DNA from: Camelus dromedarius
Taxonomy: Eukaryota
NCBI RefSeq assembly: GCF_036321535.1
Contig: NC_087472.1
Span: forward strand, 100,628,001-100,692,000
DNA length: 64,000 nucleotides
Reading direction: 5' to 3'
The translations under genes and the position numbers were made by a program. Shown piece by piece: positions 40,633 to 54,482 of this stretch; within the stretch, counting starts at the first letter, position 1, and each line of letters starts with the position of its first letter. Under the pieces are notes generated by a model. It had not been told where the DNA came from. It searched no databases and saw only the letters and a program-made list of their open reading frames with translations.

Positions 40633-41399
40633 CTAGTTAAAGAAAAAGAGTGTTAGGTTCATATAGAGTTAGTTCTCAAAAGGTTCTTCAATAAAGCCAG
40701 AAACAGCTCAATTGTTAAACAGCAAAAATCAAACAAAGTTCAAAATCCATAAAAATTATCCAAGACTGATAGGATTTCCTGTGATTCCATCCCAAGAGAA
40801 ACAAGGCTTTTAAATCAGGGTCCCCAGGAGTATTAATTTCTAGCCACTCACCCCCACAGTGCATGGCCTTGCAATCCTGTGTACAATTTCACTTCCATAT
40901 CTTAGAATTCTCCTTAATGCTCAGTTTTATAAATTCTAATTTTCAAAGAGGGGAGGGTAAAGCCTTTATTTTCTTTTCTTGTGATATTTGAGCATTTAAA
41001 ATAAAACTTGTCTAGTATCATAGTTGTCTTCTTTTCCTTATAGCTGACTTATTCAGAGGATCCAGGGGCCCTACAAAACCAGTGCTTTGATGTCAGAGAA
41101 ATAGTGGCTAGATAAGGGACCATGACCCCTCTGTGGGGAAGGAACCAGTCTTGGGGTAGAGGATGGGAGAGTGATACTTGTCAGTGTGTAGGCCCAGTGT
41201 GTAGGCCTGGTGTAGGCCCAGTCCTGCCCTAATGAGCATGTCACTGCTATTTTCTATTTTCTTATTACAAAGAAACCCTAAATAACACTTGCTTAACCAT
41301 CTCGCAATGTTAGTATGAGCTTCCAATGGACTAAAATACAGCTAAGAAAGGCAAAAGTGTTGAAAGAGAAAGAAATGCAATGCAATTTGGTATTCCTTT

Positions 41400-41536
41400 G
41401 TGTGTGTGTGTGGGGGGGGGGGGATTAGGTTTGTTTGTTTGTTTATTATTTTTTCAAATGGAGGTACCAGGGATTGAATCCAGAATCTTGTGCATCCTAA
41501 GCATTGTACTCTACCACTGAGGTATTACCCACCCCC
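41400..41536 (-). mobile_element. vic-1-like tRNA-Ala SINE
   Basis: Reverse complement of the SINE head; TSD ggtattccttt (41389-41399 / 41537-41547). Confidence 0.9.
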
Positions 41537-42193
41537 GGTATTCCTTTTTAATTACTGCTGTTCACTATGAGAAAAGAGGAGCACTCCTAGGATAACTTGG
41601 GACCAGAAACAAGCTCCTCCGTCCTCACCTCTCTGGCCTTTCAGACATCACTGAAGAAGAGCAATACACTCCATTTTAGTGGCCGCAGCAAAACAGCCCA
41701 CAGTGAGGGGCTTGCTACAGATCACCTACTCAGTGAATAGAACGTAAGTGTGTCTTGTGGCTCTGCTCTGCACAGGGAAGGTGCAAAAGGTGAAAAGGTG
41801 AAAGAGAGCAAACTGGATTCACTGCTGCCTTTCTGTGTGCTGTGAGAATAAGTACATTCTTACCCCTACTCCCAAAGACTTGCCTTGTGATTAGTACAGA
41901 ACAAAGCCTTCCTGTGTGTGTACTCAGTGTTATGTGTCAGAGTTTCTATCTCTGGATTAGGGAAGATCAGGGAAATAAACCAAATATCTCTTAGGGTAAG
42001 GGACAGTGAGGCCCCTTCAAACAACCTCTGTGAACCCGACAGTCTCCTATTTCTGTCTACCAAGCGTGGCGTTCTGTTTTGGGCCTAGGGAAGACATCTT
42101 CCCATGGGCAGAGAAGTCAGACACATCCTGTGAAGAAAGACTATGCTTGGGGGAAGGATGTCTGTGATGATGTCACCAATATTTTTAGCTTAC

Positions 42194-42379
42194 CTTCCCA
42201 TCGTGGCAGATTTCATACCCTTCGGGTTTACATTCATGAGACCTAACGAGCATCTTCAACTGGTATTTATTAAGAATCTTGGAGGTAATATCTGGTCCAA
42301 AATAGCAGCCCCCTCCTCGACTTGTGTTTGGGTAACAGCCTCTTTTGCCTCTGGGATCACTCCACAGAATATTGATAAC
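42194..42379 (-). CDS. PPEF1: PPEF1 coding exon: VINILWSDPRGKRGCYPNTSRGGGCYFGPD...VRSHECKPEGYEICHDGK
   Basis: Contains the LWSDP, RG and RSHE PPP motifs. aag acceptor, AAG|gtaagc donor, 186 nt, phase 0-0. Not in the ORF track; read manually. Confidence 0.96.
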
Positions 42380-45249
42380 CTTGGAACAACAAACCAGATT
42401 ACGTTGCCACTTACACGTGAGAGCTTATCTTTCTAGATTCCAACTTTTTTCCAGAAATATTAACCAAACTTATTGCAAAGTCTCACTATTTCTCATTCTT
42501 CCTTCAAAACTGTTTCATACTCATCTCCTCCACAAATCTTTTCCAGAATAATTTTCATGAACATAGCCACCACAATCCTTTTCTGCTCATCCCCAATAAC
42601 CAATGTAGCAATGATGATAACCAATGTAGCAATACTTAGTAATCATAAAGAATCAGCCCTTGGGCTTTTTTTTTTCTTAAAAAATTCCATTGCAACTGTT
42701 TCACAATTGCTGACTCTACAAAGGTCTTTTCTCTTAAAAAGAACTTTACCATCATGTTCAAAGGAGAAAGTAGTTCCCTACAATGAACACATATTTGGTG
42801 TCTTTAATATGTTCAAAGAGATAAGGTAGGTCTCCTAGCTGTGGTTTTGGCCCTGCTTTTTGTCCTTTTGAGTACATAGCATGAGGAAGCCTTTTCCTCA
42901 TCACAAATATAGACAACTGTTTATCCGAGAATAATTTCTACAACATTTCCTTCATATTTTGCTCCCCTTGATAAGGGGAATTCCATTCTCAGTTTCAGCA
43001 GCACGTTTAGCCACTGACTGGTTTCCACAATATGTTCTCTTAAATCCACAAGTATGTTATTAGCATAACATTTCTTTTGGGGCTTGAAAGAGGCAAATGC
43101 AGGCTATAAGATGCTCAGGACTGAAGACTCAAGTTTCTAAGAATTTTTTCATAAAAAATTAGGGGCTCCCTGTTTGTAGCTCTGACCTACATATAATGTT
43201 TCTTTATTTAAACATCTTCCATAGGAACTTCAGCAGTAGTGTGAAAAATTAACTTTGTAGCTAAAGCTATATGCAACCTTGAGAAAAGTCCCTGGGTCTC
43301 TCTTTAAAATCAGAGGTTTGGGGCAGGTGACTTGTAAAGTATCTCGAAGTTCTAATAGACTATGATTCTAAGAGTATATTTTCCACGTTTCTTTGGAGGG
43401 CATGAAGAAATGCATTTTAAGTTTTGCAGGTATTCTAGTGGGTCCAAATCAGATCTTAAAAAGAAAATCAGAAATGGCTGTCCCACTAAGCCTGACTGTA
43501 CCCCATTTATAGGTTTGGTATTGAAGGGAAGCTAAAAATAAGTGAGTGGAAAGACAGTGGAGAGACCAGAACTGGTAAGAGAACTGTCCTGGAATGCTAA
43601 GCACCTGATCAGAACTGGAGAAACCCTGCACCATGCACATTCCAGACACTTGCAGGTGACTGATTTTTTTTGATGACTGATTGAAGTGCGAATTAAAACT
43701 ACCTACAGAAGACCGAGATCAGGATTCTCCTCTCTCCCTTGCTGAATTCCAACGTTGGCACAACCCTACCCTACAAGTAAATACAATGGAACCCATTTAC
43801 TCTGCTGATGCTAATAACAAAAACAACCCTTGCATTTGAAACTAAGCCATATCTGGATGTTACAGCATGAACTCATGTTTGGGAGACATGATTTGACCTT
43901 TAGTATAATGAGAGAGAAAACATGGAACACAAGGACATGTGTTTTATAAGGAGAGGATTAAGTTTTAAATTCCTACATGAGATGCAAGTCATTTATAACC
44001 AAAATGACCCCTGGAAAACCTTTTAAATTACTCTTTAAGTACAGTGTACATGATTTTGTATATTCAACCCTATACAGTCATATGGATATGTCAGTATTTT
44101 ATATATGTGATAATGTACAACACATGATAAATTATATGAAACTAAAACTTTAGACTTTTTTTCTCCTTTTTCCATAGGTACATAGTTGAAATCTACATAA
44201 ATTAAATGTACATATGATGGAACCATGTTGAACTAGAATAAGCACTGGCCACATAGTTATTTTAGCTCAAGTACCACCTGTGTCACCTTCAACAAATCAC
44301 TTAACCTACTGGGGCCTTAGCTGACTCCTCAATGAAATGAGTAAGATACAGCTAACATTCATTTTCCTTTGATTCAAAGTCATAAGGGGTATCAGTTTTA
44401 TAGAAGTAAGCTTCTTCAAAATCATCCATGCTAGAAGTTCTGCATTTCTTTTCTCTGACCAGAATTCATTCACTTACCTAGGTTTACCCAGACAGTAACC
44501 ACAATATAGGTTTAATTCGGAGGCTCACAAACAAAAAATTCTATAAAAGGCCATTTGTTAGTGAAACAAAATCCTCAGCAGGGACAAATCTCTTTCCTCT
44601 CAACAACATCCTTTCCTCTGAAATGCAAGGGCCTTTGTGGTAAGTGTATCAAAGAATAATCATTTACAACATTCTTTCCTGAAATGTTTCAAACAAAAAT
44701 TGATATAAAAGCTGAATGACAGCTTTTATATGACCTGGTCAACAAAAATCTACTTGTGCCTCAGCCTTTAAACTTCCTAAATCCAAAATAAATCCCACAA
44801 GAAGTGTCCCATGCTTGTCTATAATTTTAAGTAATCCAGTTTCCAAAAGTATGCTTTGGGGAAGAGAGAACAGCTCTGAAAGATGTATCTAAGTGCTTCT
44901 ATTCTAAGACACTAATACTATAGATTCACCATTCTTTGTATTTTCCTTTAGTTGTATGTCCTCTTTCCAGTTTTTGAACATGTCGTCTTTAACGCTGTGC
45001 TCAGCCCAAACCTTCCAGCCAAGTACATATATTTCTCTAGATGCCTATTCCTTGTCTACCCATTGCCTCACTGGATGAGGGGAGAGTAGAGTAGTTCATT
45101 TCCTTCTTGAGACCTCTGATCACTCTTAAATCATCTTTCCCTTCAGAAAAAGAACATGGGCATTAGAGTCAGACCTGGGATGAAATTCTGCTGTATCATT
45201 CAGTGATCAGCCAAGTGACTACAAAGAAGCCATTTCACTCTCGGGAGCC

Positions 45250-45565
45250 TTCTCAATGAAGCTGACTGCCCTATTTAAAATTGCAATTCTGTCGCCTACC
45301 TCCAGTTCTCAGTTTCCCCTAACCTTGTTCTAATTTTAATTTTTTCCATTAAACTTCTCATTTAACATATATAATTTACTTGTTATTACTATACAATTAT
45401 ATGTGTAATGTTACATATATAATATAATTATATACATTATTTAGCTCCTCCCCCTAGAACATAAGCTCCATGAGGTAACAGATCTTTGGTCATTTACATT
45501 TTCAAAAGCCTAGAACAGTGCCTGACACATAGTAGGTACTCAACAAGTACTTGTTAAATGAATTA
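45250..45565. mobile_element. L2 LINE 3' fragment
   Basis: ctagaacataagctccatgagg...cctagaacagtgcctgacacatagtaggtactcaacaag...aatgaat. Confidence 0.8.
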
Positions 45566-46489
45566 AGAGAAAGGAGTCACTTAGGATATAAATAATTAAA
45601 ATTATTTTTCAAACCTTTCCAGCCTTCTTCTTGTTGCAAGTCTGTCCTAAAGAAAGAGTATCACACTTGTCTCCATACAATGACTCAGCCATAACTACAT
45701 ATATCCCCCATATCTCAGTGAACATAATATAAAATTTAAATTATAGCACTCTGCCAAGAACTATGCACTTAACATGAGTATGGAACAAATAAAGAGCATA
45801 TGACCTTTATTGCAATATAGTTCATAGATATTAAGATATAAAGTAATTGTGAAGTCTATTTTTATCTGGAATTTTCAACTCTAGCTAACTAAAGTATGCA
45901 TGCCCACAATATACTGGGAACTAAGGAAAGAAAATTAAAGGTACAAATGAAGTTATTAAAACACTGGGAATGAGATTCTGGTCAATTTCACCCTGTGTCA
46001 GCTCCAGTCATGTACATTGGTCTGTAAGATGATTCATCTGTACTGTTCGGGTGAGGCGAGGTTATATTATAGAATAATGACCCCCAGTTTTCTCCCTCCC
46101 GCTTCTTAAGGAGCCATCTCTCTATAATTCTAACTCATCCAGGCTTCCAAAGGCCATGATTTTCTTCTCGTGCAACTCCAATCTCTTTGGCATCATCCAT
46201 TTTATTTACCATAACCTTTGGTCTTTGAGATTTGGACATCAAAACTTAAGGAGGCATCCTTTCTTACTTGCTGTGGGATGCCTCTTATACTTATTTGATC
46301 CTTAAATACTATGGAACCACAAGCCACTGATGAATTCTATTTCTCTCTTACTCCCTCCCTATCACGCCACCTCTCTTTCTCCTCATTGATTAGAGTATAT
46401 TTTACATCACAAATCACATTTTAGTCAACATTTTTAGCAATCAAGGTATGAGTACAGAATCAAGAAATAGAAGCTCCTTAGGGGTAAGC

Positions 46490-49400
46490 AATTAGAAGAA
46501 GGCTAGTAATTTCATAATACTAGTAGAAAGAGAAGACCAGCTAGAAGTTTAACTGATAGAATCATGGAAAGGAACAAATGAGGAAGAACCCTCTTAGGGC
46601 CAGAATAAGCCTCCTAGATTGTCAACACCCTCCCCCTGCAAAGGAGTCCAACTTTAATGGGATCAGATTATGGAGCTATTTGTGAGCCCCACGGCATTAT
46701 TAAAAACAACAGTGCAATCAGCTAGCAATTAGTGAAGGCTAATAGCTGGGTCTGATACAAAAAGAGGCAGATGGGCCAAAGCTTAAAGGGGAAATCAGGG
46801 AAAGAGACAGTCACTCAGGGAAACTGTGCACATGCCCAAGTCAGCACCCTGTGTGGAGTGACATCAGGGGCTACAACCCAAGAGGGAATAGACTTCACTA
46901 ATCTAGTCCAGACAAGCCACTAAACAAATAAACGAGCAAAAAAGACAAATAATAACAAGCCCCAAAGGAGCACAGGAACAATTAGAGTTACTGTAATATT
47001 TACCTAAAATGTCCAGTTTTCTACAAAAAATTACAAGACATGCAAAGAAAAAAATACAAGGGAAAAATAAGCAGACAATAGAAATTACCTTTGAGGGTAT
47101 AAGAAGTTGACTTAGCAGACAAGGATGTCAAATCAATTATGATAAATGTATTCGAAGACAGATATATATAAAACACTCCATTCAATAAGAACAGAATACA
47201 TTTTCTTCTCAAGAGCACATGGAGCATTTTCCAAGATAGACCATATGCTAGGCCATAAATAAAAAGTCTCAATGAGTTTCAAAAGCATTTAAATCATGTA
47301 AAGTATATTCTCCAACCACAATTGAATTCAAGTCAAAATCAATAAGAGAAGGAAATATGGAAAATTCACAAGCATGCAGAAATTAAACAACAAATTTCTA
47401 AATAACACATGGGTTAAAGAAGAAATCACAAGGGAAATGAGAAAATACTTTGAGATGATTGCAAATGAAAGCACAACACAGCAAAACTTTTGGGATGGAG
47501 CTAAAGCAGTACTTACAGGTAAATTTATAGTTTCATTAGAAAAGGGAAAAGAGCTCAAGTCAATGACAGTACTTTTCACCTTAGGAAACTAGAAGAAGAG
47601 AAAACTAAATCTATAACAATCAGAAGGAAGGAAATAATAAAGATTAGAGCAGAAATAAATGAAAGAGATAATACAAAACAATAGAGAAAAGTTAATAAAA
47701 CTGAAAGTTGGTGCTTTGAAAAGACCAATAAAATCAACAAACCTTAGAGAGACTGACCAAGGAAAAAAAGAGAGACTCAAATTACTAAAATCAGGAATGA
47801 AATATGACATATCACTATCAACTTTACAGAAATTATAAATATACATTATACATTATAGATTATATATATATATGGGAGGAGAGAGAGAGAGTAAGAGAGA
47901 GGAATACTACACACAATTTTAGGCCAACAAATTAGATAAATTTGATGAAATGGACAAATTTCAAGGAAGACACAAACTACTGAAGAAGAAATAGAAAATC
48001 TGAATAGAACTATAGTAAGAAAGAAAATTGAATTAGTAATTTTTAAACTGCCTACAAAGAAAAAAGCCCAGGCTCAGATAGCTTCACTGATTAATTTTAC
48101 CAAACATTTGAAGAATTATTATCAATCCTTCACAAACTCCTTCAAAAAAATAGAATAGCAGATAATGCTTCCCAACTCATCCTATGAGGTTAATCTTATA
48201 CTAATACCAAAGACATCATAAGAAAGAAACCTACAGACCAATACCCCTTATGAATATAGATGTAAACATCTTCAAAAAATAGCAAAGTGAAGCCAGCAAC
48301 ATATTAAATGGATTACACATGATAATGAAATAGGATTTATCCCAGAAATATAAGGTTGCTTTAACATCTGAAATCAACCAATATAATACACTATATTAGT
48401 AGAATAAAGGACAGACAATACATGATCATTTCAATAGAAGCAGAAAAAGCACTGGACAAAGTCCAACACTCTTTTGTGATAAAAACACTCAAGAAAGTAG
48501 GCACAGAAGAGAACTTCCTTAATCTGATGAAGGGCAACTAATATAGAAACAAACAGCTAATATACTTAATGGTGAAAGACTGAATGCTTCCCCCAAATAT
48601 TAGGAATAAAACAAGGGTGTCTATTCTCACCACTTCTATTTAACACTGTGCTGGTGGTTCTGGACAGGGCAATTAAGAAAGAAAAAGAAATAAAAGACAG
48701 CCAGATTAGAAAGGAAGAAGCAAAATTATCTCTATTCACGTGATAACGTGCTCTTGTACATAGAAAGTCCCAAGGAATTCACTAAAAAACGTGAGAATGA
48801 ATAAATAAGTTTATCGAGGTTTACAACACAAAAGCAGTAAATAAAAGTCAATATATACCAGCAATGAACAATCTAAAATGTAATTAAGAAAACAATTCTA
48901 TTTACAATAGCATCAAAAATATTTAGGAATAAATTAGGAATAACTTTAATAAAACAAGTGCCTCAGTGTACATGATTACAAAACACTGTTGAAATTAAAT
49001 ATCTAAACAAATGGCAAGACATCCCATGTTCATGGAAATGAAGAAATAATATTGTTAAGATTACAACAGTACTTAAATTGATCCACAGATTCAAGGCAAT
49101 TCCTACCAAAGTCCTAGCTCTTTTTTGGTAGAAATTGACAAGCTGATCCTAAAATTCATATGGAAATTCAAAGGACCCAAAATAGTCAAAACAAACTTGA
49201 ACAACAAAAATAAAGATGGAGAACTCACACTTTCCAGGTTCAAAACTTTCTACAAAGCCATAGTAATCAAAACTGTATAGTACTGACATTAAGGATAGAC
49301 ATACAGATCATGAAATAGAAGTAAGATTCTAGAAATAAAACTTCATATTTATGGTCAATTTATTTTTGATAAGGGTGCCAAGAAAATTCAATGAGAATAA

Positions 49401-49965
49401 GTCTTTTTAACAAATGGTGGTGGGATAACTGGATATCAGCATGCAATAGAATGAATTTGGAAACCTACCTCATATCATACACAAAAATCAACTTAAAATG
49501 GATCAGATACCTAAATGTAAGAGCTAAAACTATAAAACTCCTAGAGAAAACATAGGAATAAATCTTCATGACTTGGCTAGACAATAGCTTCCTAGATACA
49601 ACACCAAAAGCACAAAGCAAAAGCATTTCTTTTACTCTAGTTGAGTAAAAGAAGCCAGAGACAAAAGATCACATACTTTATGGGTCCATTTCTATGACAT
49701 GCCCAGGAAAGACAAATTTACTAAGACCAAAAGTAGATTAGTGGTGGCCTAATTCTGTGGAGATGGAGGTGGGGGGTGGGTAGAGAATGGGAAGTGACTG
49801 GTAATAGGTATGTGGAGTATTTTTTTCCAGGTGATGAAAAGGTTCTAAAATTAGATTGTGGGGATAGTTGTACAACACTGTGAATATACCAAAACCCACT
49901 GAATTATATACTTCAAATGAGTAAATGACATGGTATTTGAATATTTCTATTAAGCTATTAAAAAT
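46490..49965 (+). mobile_element. L1M4/L1MB-like LINE-1 with internal deletions, antisense in a PPEF1 intron
   Basis: 5'-region remnant, then degenerate ORF2 (ORF 47374-47592) and an L1MB-type 3' end. Confidence 0.88.
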
Positions 49966-50098
49966 ATAGTATTGGATTTAGAGAGAAGGATATGAGCTGC
50001 TTAGAAACGTAAGTCACTTTTTATCTATATGTTATAAGGGACAACATCATTTATGCTGCATCTCTGTTGCCACTTTGGTGAACGGTTTGATTACTCAC

Positions 50099-50245
50099 CT
50101 GTTCCCATTCATGCTTTGTTAACTGTTCAGAAAAGGGTCCGTCTGTTTTCATTCCCCAAGCCGCAATGGCTTTACCTACTTTATTTTTCTTCTCAGTAGC
50201 ACGGTCTCCATCTATTGGAATTGGTGACATCAGCACAGATTTCAT
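50099..50245 (-). CDS. PPEF1: PPEF1 coding exon (PPEF-specific insert in the catalytic domain): MKSVLMSP...LTKHEWEQ
   Basis: tttgtag|ATG ... CAG|gtgagt, 147 nt, phase 0-0. The MKSVL and HEWEQ ends match PPEF1. Confidence 0.94.
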
Positions 50246-53200
50246 CTACAAAACAAATTCATGCTTTAACCAAACCCTATGCTTAGTGTGCTGCATGCAG
50301 AAACTTCAGCACTAGTTGCTATTCTGTCTATAATGTTGTGCCTCGACCCAATGAAAACCACATGGTCACATTTTCCATCTCACCAACCTCCTTCATCTTA
50401 CTGATCCACTGATCTCTATACAGTGGGCCTGTTAAGTTCAATTTGTACATTTTTCAACTAGAGACACTGTTCTACAGGGAAGGTTTCCCATTAGAGTTTC
50501 TAAAAGACCCCAGAGGCAAAGATGTCAGTGATAGACATGTTCCACAGCATCATGATAGAAATGGAAGATGCCAAGGGAAAGTTATTCTCCCTCTGAGCCT
50601 TTACCTATACATGGTGCTAAGAGAGAACCAATGGGCTTTGAGTTCAGAAACACTTCTTAAGAGGGTGGCTGCATTTCCTTTTGTTGTGTTTTCCAGGAAA
50701 AATGAGAGAAAGTACATCTGTGTCCAGAGAAGTTTGCAAAGGAGACATAAGTTGAAAACTTTGGAAGCCCTTCAACTTCAATGCAGTAGGTTTTCAGTCT
50801 GACCTGCCAGCAATTGAATACATTCTCTAATTCTAGTAACAAAGGTGATGTATTTCTTTGGAAATAAAATGTCTTTCTGATAGTACATCAATTTCTACAA
50901 CCCTTTCTACATTCCCTTACATAACTTGAGGCCATAATTTTATATTTGTCTCTTTGTAGCACCATATTATTCAAAACAATTTGAAACAATACTTCTATTA
51001 CATTGGTAGCCTTAGTTCAGTGATGGACAATTCTCTGTGGTAGGCACTTAAGTTTCCTCTATGAACTAGGGTGTATATAAAATCTTACCTTTATTTTTCA
51101 AAAATAATTCTGAGGTCCTGTCTCACTGAGATGGTTAGAAATTCAATCTAAGCTATTATTAGTGAGTTTACATCCTACCTTCCCTGTCCCCATCCAGCAA
51201 ATGTACCCAGGTCTTAGGCAGAGCAGAATATTCTGAGAGGACACTCTGGACTTGGGTCCACACAACTCACTTCTGATAAGCTCATCAGGCAAGGCCACAC
51301 AGTCTCTTAAGTACATGTGGCTCCATTGTCTTTGAGGCCACTTGTGATCAGGATACTTTGCTCGGCCCTTGTGAAGGCACCACATCATCATTTTCTCCTG
51401 GGGGGTCCAACCAGCCATCCCTTCCTACACCCTCTGCCAGGGAGTTTGAAGAATACTAAACCAGAGTCTTAGCCTTACAGAATCTTCCTTCTGTATCCCT
51501 CTGCACTGACCACCCACCCCCAACCTGCCCACCTTACAAAATATCTTTAATGAACTTAGAATGGAGGTTGTCATCAGGTTCCCCCAACCCTACCCTTCTC
51601 CTATTAACAATTATACCACCACAACAGGCATAAGCCAGGGTGCATGGTCACCCCTACACTTGAAGGATTCTAACGGATGGTAAAGTGGGGGTTATATATT
51701 TGAGCTTGAAAGTCTGTTTTTGTACCTCATCTCATAGAATTCCAAAGGCTTGAACCTACTACTTTCATTACAGTTCAATTATATTTAATGCCACAAGAAT
51801 GTGCTACCAGTTCAACTTCACTCTAGGAGGTGTAGACAAAAAATATACAAATCAAATTTCTATCTTTAAAACTAGCCTTATCAGTAAGTGGAACAATGAT
51901 CCCCGAAGCATGTGAAATCTGACATATCCTGGGAAAATTTTCAGCTCCAAAATTTCTCCCCAGGGTCTGTCTTGATGATTGAAATTCAAACCTCAGTTTC
52001 AAGTATCAGGAAAAAGAGCAGAGAATAGGAGAAGAGGGGTTTATGTTCAGAGTTTACACCATTTTCTTCATCTAGGTAATTAGATTTAATCCTCCCCAAA
52101 GTTCAATATGGTAGGTATTTTTAGCTTTAGTGTATAGGTATAGAAACTGAGGCTGAGAAAACTTGGGTAACTTGTGCAGTCACCCAGCCAGGAAGTGGCA
52201 GAAGCAGGATGCAATGTCAGCGATATCTGTCTGATGTCAGAGTTTCATGGTGTTTTAATAGGTTAAGGTGGCTCTCAATTTAGGATCTCCACAGAGATAG
52301 TAATGGGCATTCCAGAGACATGCTCTTAATGATTCAAAAAGCCCTGGCTGGCTTCTCAGGCTAACCTCAGGAAAGGAAAAGTTTTCAATCTGATCAATTG
52401 GTTGTGGCGGCCATGCTGATTAGCGCTGTTGTCAAAGGGCAAGTAGTGGTGGAGTGTTGCATTCCTGCCATGTGCTTGCCAGTATTTGACTGACAAAAAC
52501 ATCATGTTCCCTTGCTCTTGGCTAGAATCATATCCACTCATTATGTTAACACTGACTATCTCATGTTGGTCAAAATATCTTATTGGCTTCACTATTTGCT
52601 GATATCATGAAAAAGATGCCTTAAACTAAGGTTGCCTTAAAATTTATTGCAACTGGGATACTTCTGACAGTAAAGGGAGGCACTATTAATAACTACACCG
52701 GACAACAGGTGTAACCCAGGAAGTATGGTCATCACTGGGTGAGGCTGGGGAGGGGAGCATGTAAAATCACCACAGAATCAGAAAAGGGATTATAAAAAGT
52801 TTTTACCCAGTTTTACCTTAGGTTTTCCCTACTTTGGTCTTAAATCTCTTAGGAGATAGTCAATAAACGTTAATTAATACTTACTACATCTTAGGTGCTG
52901 GGATTATATCAGTGAACTAGAAAAGCAGGGAAGGATGGTAAACAAACAGTACCACAATTCTTTGTTTACCTTGGTAACTGATATGAAGGATATGTACAAG
53001 GGGCTTGAGAGCATATAAAGGGGACCTGATCTAGTTGAGAAGTCATGGATGGCTTTCCAGAGGAGGGGTACATTTAAGCTGAAATTAAAAGGATGAGAAG
53101 AAGCTAGCAACAATCTTATCATTCACACATGTAAAAGGTATAAGGGCTCCAAAAACTCAAGGTAAATAGGGATCACATTTCTGTCTATATCAAATTAAAT

Positions 53201-53611
53201 TCCAGCTCTAGATCCTACTTGCCTAGATTGGTTGGAAGTTGATTATCAGTCCCGAGGGGTAAGAATTCAGGTTTCTCACTAGGACCACCTGATTATCCGG
53301 CTCCAGAGTTGCTTAGGCCCACATGGCACCCCCTATACCCTAGTCTTGGAGCTTCGGCTGGGCTCTGGTACAGGAGGAAGACAATTTTAGTCACTCTGCA
53401 AGGCCAGCCAAAGAAGCCTTTCACTAAGTCTGGGATCTTTACAGGCCCCACACAGTCACTTCACTCAGAGGTTCTGTCCATATTCCTGCTCTCCTTCTGC
53501 TGTATTGAATATGGTGACTTAGATTTAAATTATTAAAATATCCTCCCCCACCGCAAATTACTCTGAGCCATTGGGAGTACATTTTAAGGGAAATCATATC
53601 CATTCAGAAAT

Positions 53612-53892
53612 CGTTTGCTTATGACTCCACTTCTATGAGGCACCTAGAACAGTCAAATTAATAGAGATGGAAAGTAGAACGGTGGCTGCCAAGGGCTGGG
53701 GAAGGGAGAATGGGGAGTTAGTGTTTAATGGGTAGAGTTTCAGTTTGGGAAGATGAAAAGTTTTAGAAATGGATGGTGGTAATAGTGGTGATGGTTGTAC
53801 AACAATGTGAAAATATTTAATGCCAATGAACCATATACTTAAAAATGGTTAAAGTAGTAAATCGTATGTTGTGTATACTTTACCACAATATT
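53612..53892 (+). mobile_element. L1MB-like 3' end fragment
   Basis: gagatggaaagtagaacggtggctgcc...gtttcagtttgggaagatgaaaag...tttaccacaat. Confidence 0.82.
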
Positions 53893-54186
53893 AATTAATT
53901 AGAAGTTTTAACTTTTAAAAATTGGGATTTTTCACGTTTAGAAAGTATAAGAAATGCCAACATTTCTTCATTTTCCTACTTTCACCAAGAATTTTTAAAA
54001 ATATATATTCCATATATAGAAATTATCCACTTAGTTCTTTATCATACAATCACAGATTTTCTTAAAATTTGTACTAATCTTTTCAGAGTTACTAAAATAC
54101 AAATCAATACAAAATAATAAATGAAAGGAGGTACATATCCCTTTATAAATCTCTGAGACAAGATTCATGCAAACATTGCTTCTTAC

Positions 54187-54336
54187 TTTGTTTCTTTCTA
54201 TACGGTGGAGTAAATTCAAATCTGTGGACTCTGATATCCCTCCATGTATAACCAGGATTTCATTGTCAATGATTGTACCAATTGGAAGCCAGGTATAGAC
54301 GTCTTCCAAGATTTGTAAGATTTTTTTTCCATGTAG
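54187..54336 (-). CDS. PPEF1: PPEF1 coding exon: LHGKKILQILEDVYTWLPIGTIIDNEILVIHGGISESTDLNLLHRIERNK
   Basis: Contains the HGG motif. cag acceptor, gtaaga donor, 150 nt, phase 0-0. Confidence 0.96.
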
Positions 54337-54482
54337 CTGTAAGTAAGAGGTTGTGTAAGTTTGTTTTTCTGATAGGTTCAAGTTAATTGAATAGTCCCAA
54401 CATACAGACAAAAAACAACAGTTTTCATGACACCCAAAGAAGCTCAGGATGGAGTCACTAACCAACAAGCATGTATTAATCA

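Noticed and set aside
42596..42633. Direct repeat ataaccaatgtagcaat x2 (similar small duplications near 37352-37378 and 40381-40445)
   Set aside because: Simple local slippage duplications with two units and no spacer array. Not CRISPR-like or otherwise structured.
42420..46330. Purine-rich minus-strand stretches that look slightly coding (possible retro-pseudogene or old transposon), and ORF 42473-42829
   Set aside because: Frames are short and interrupted with no recognisable protein match. A TBLASTX or Dfam search would be needed.
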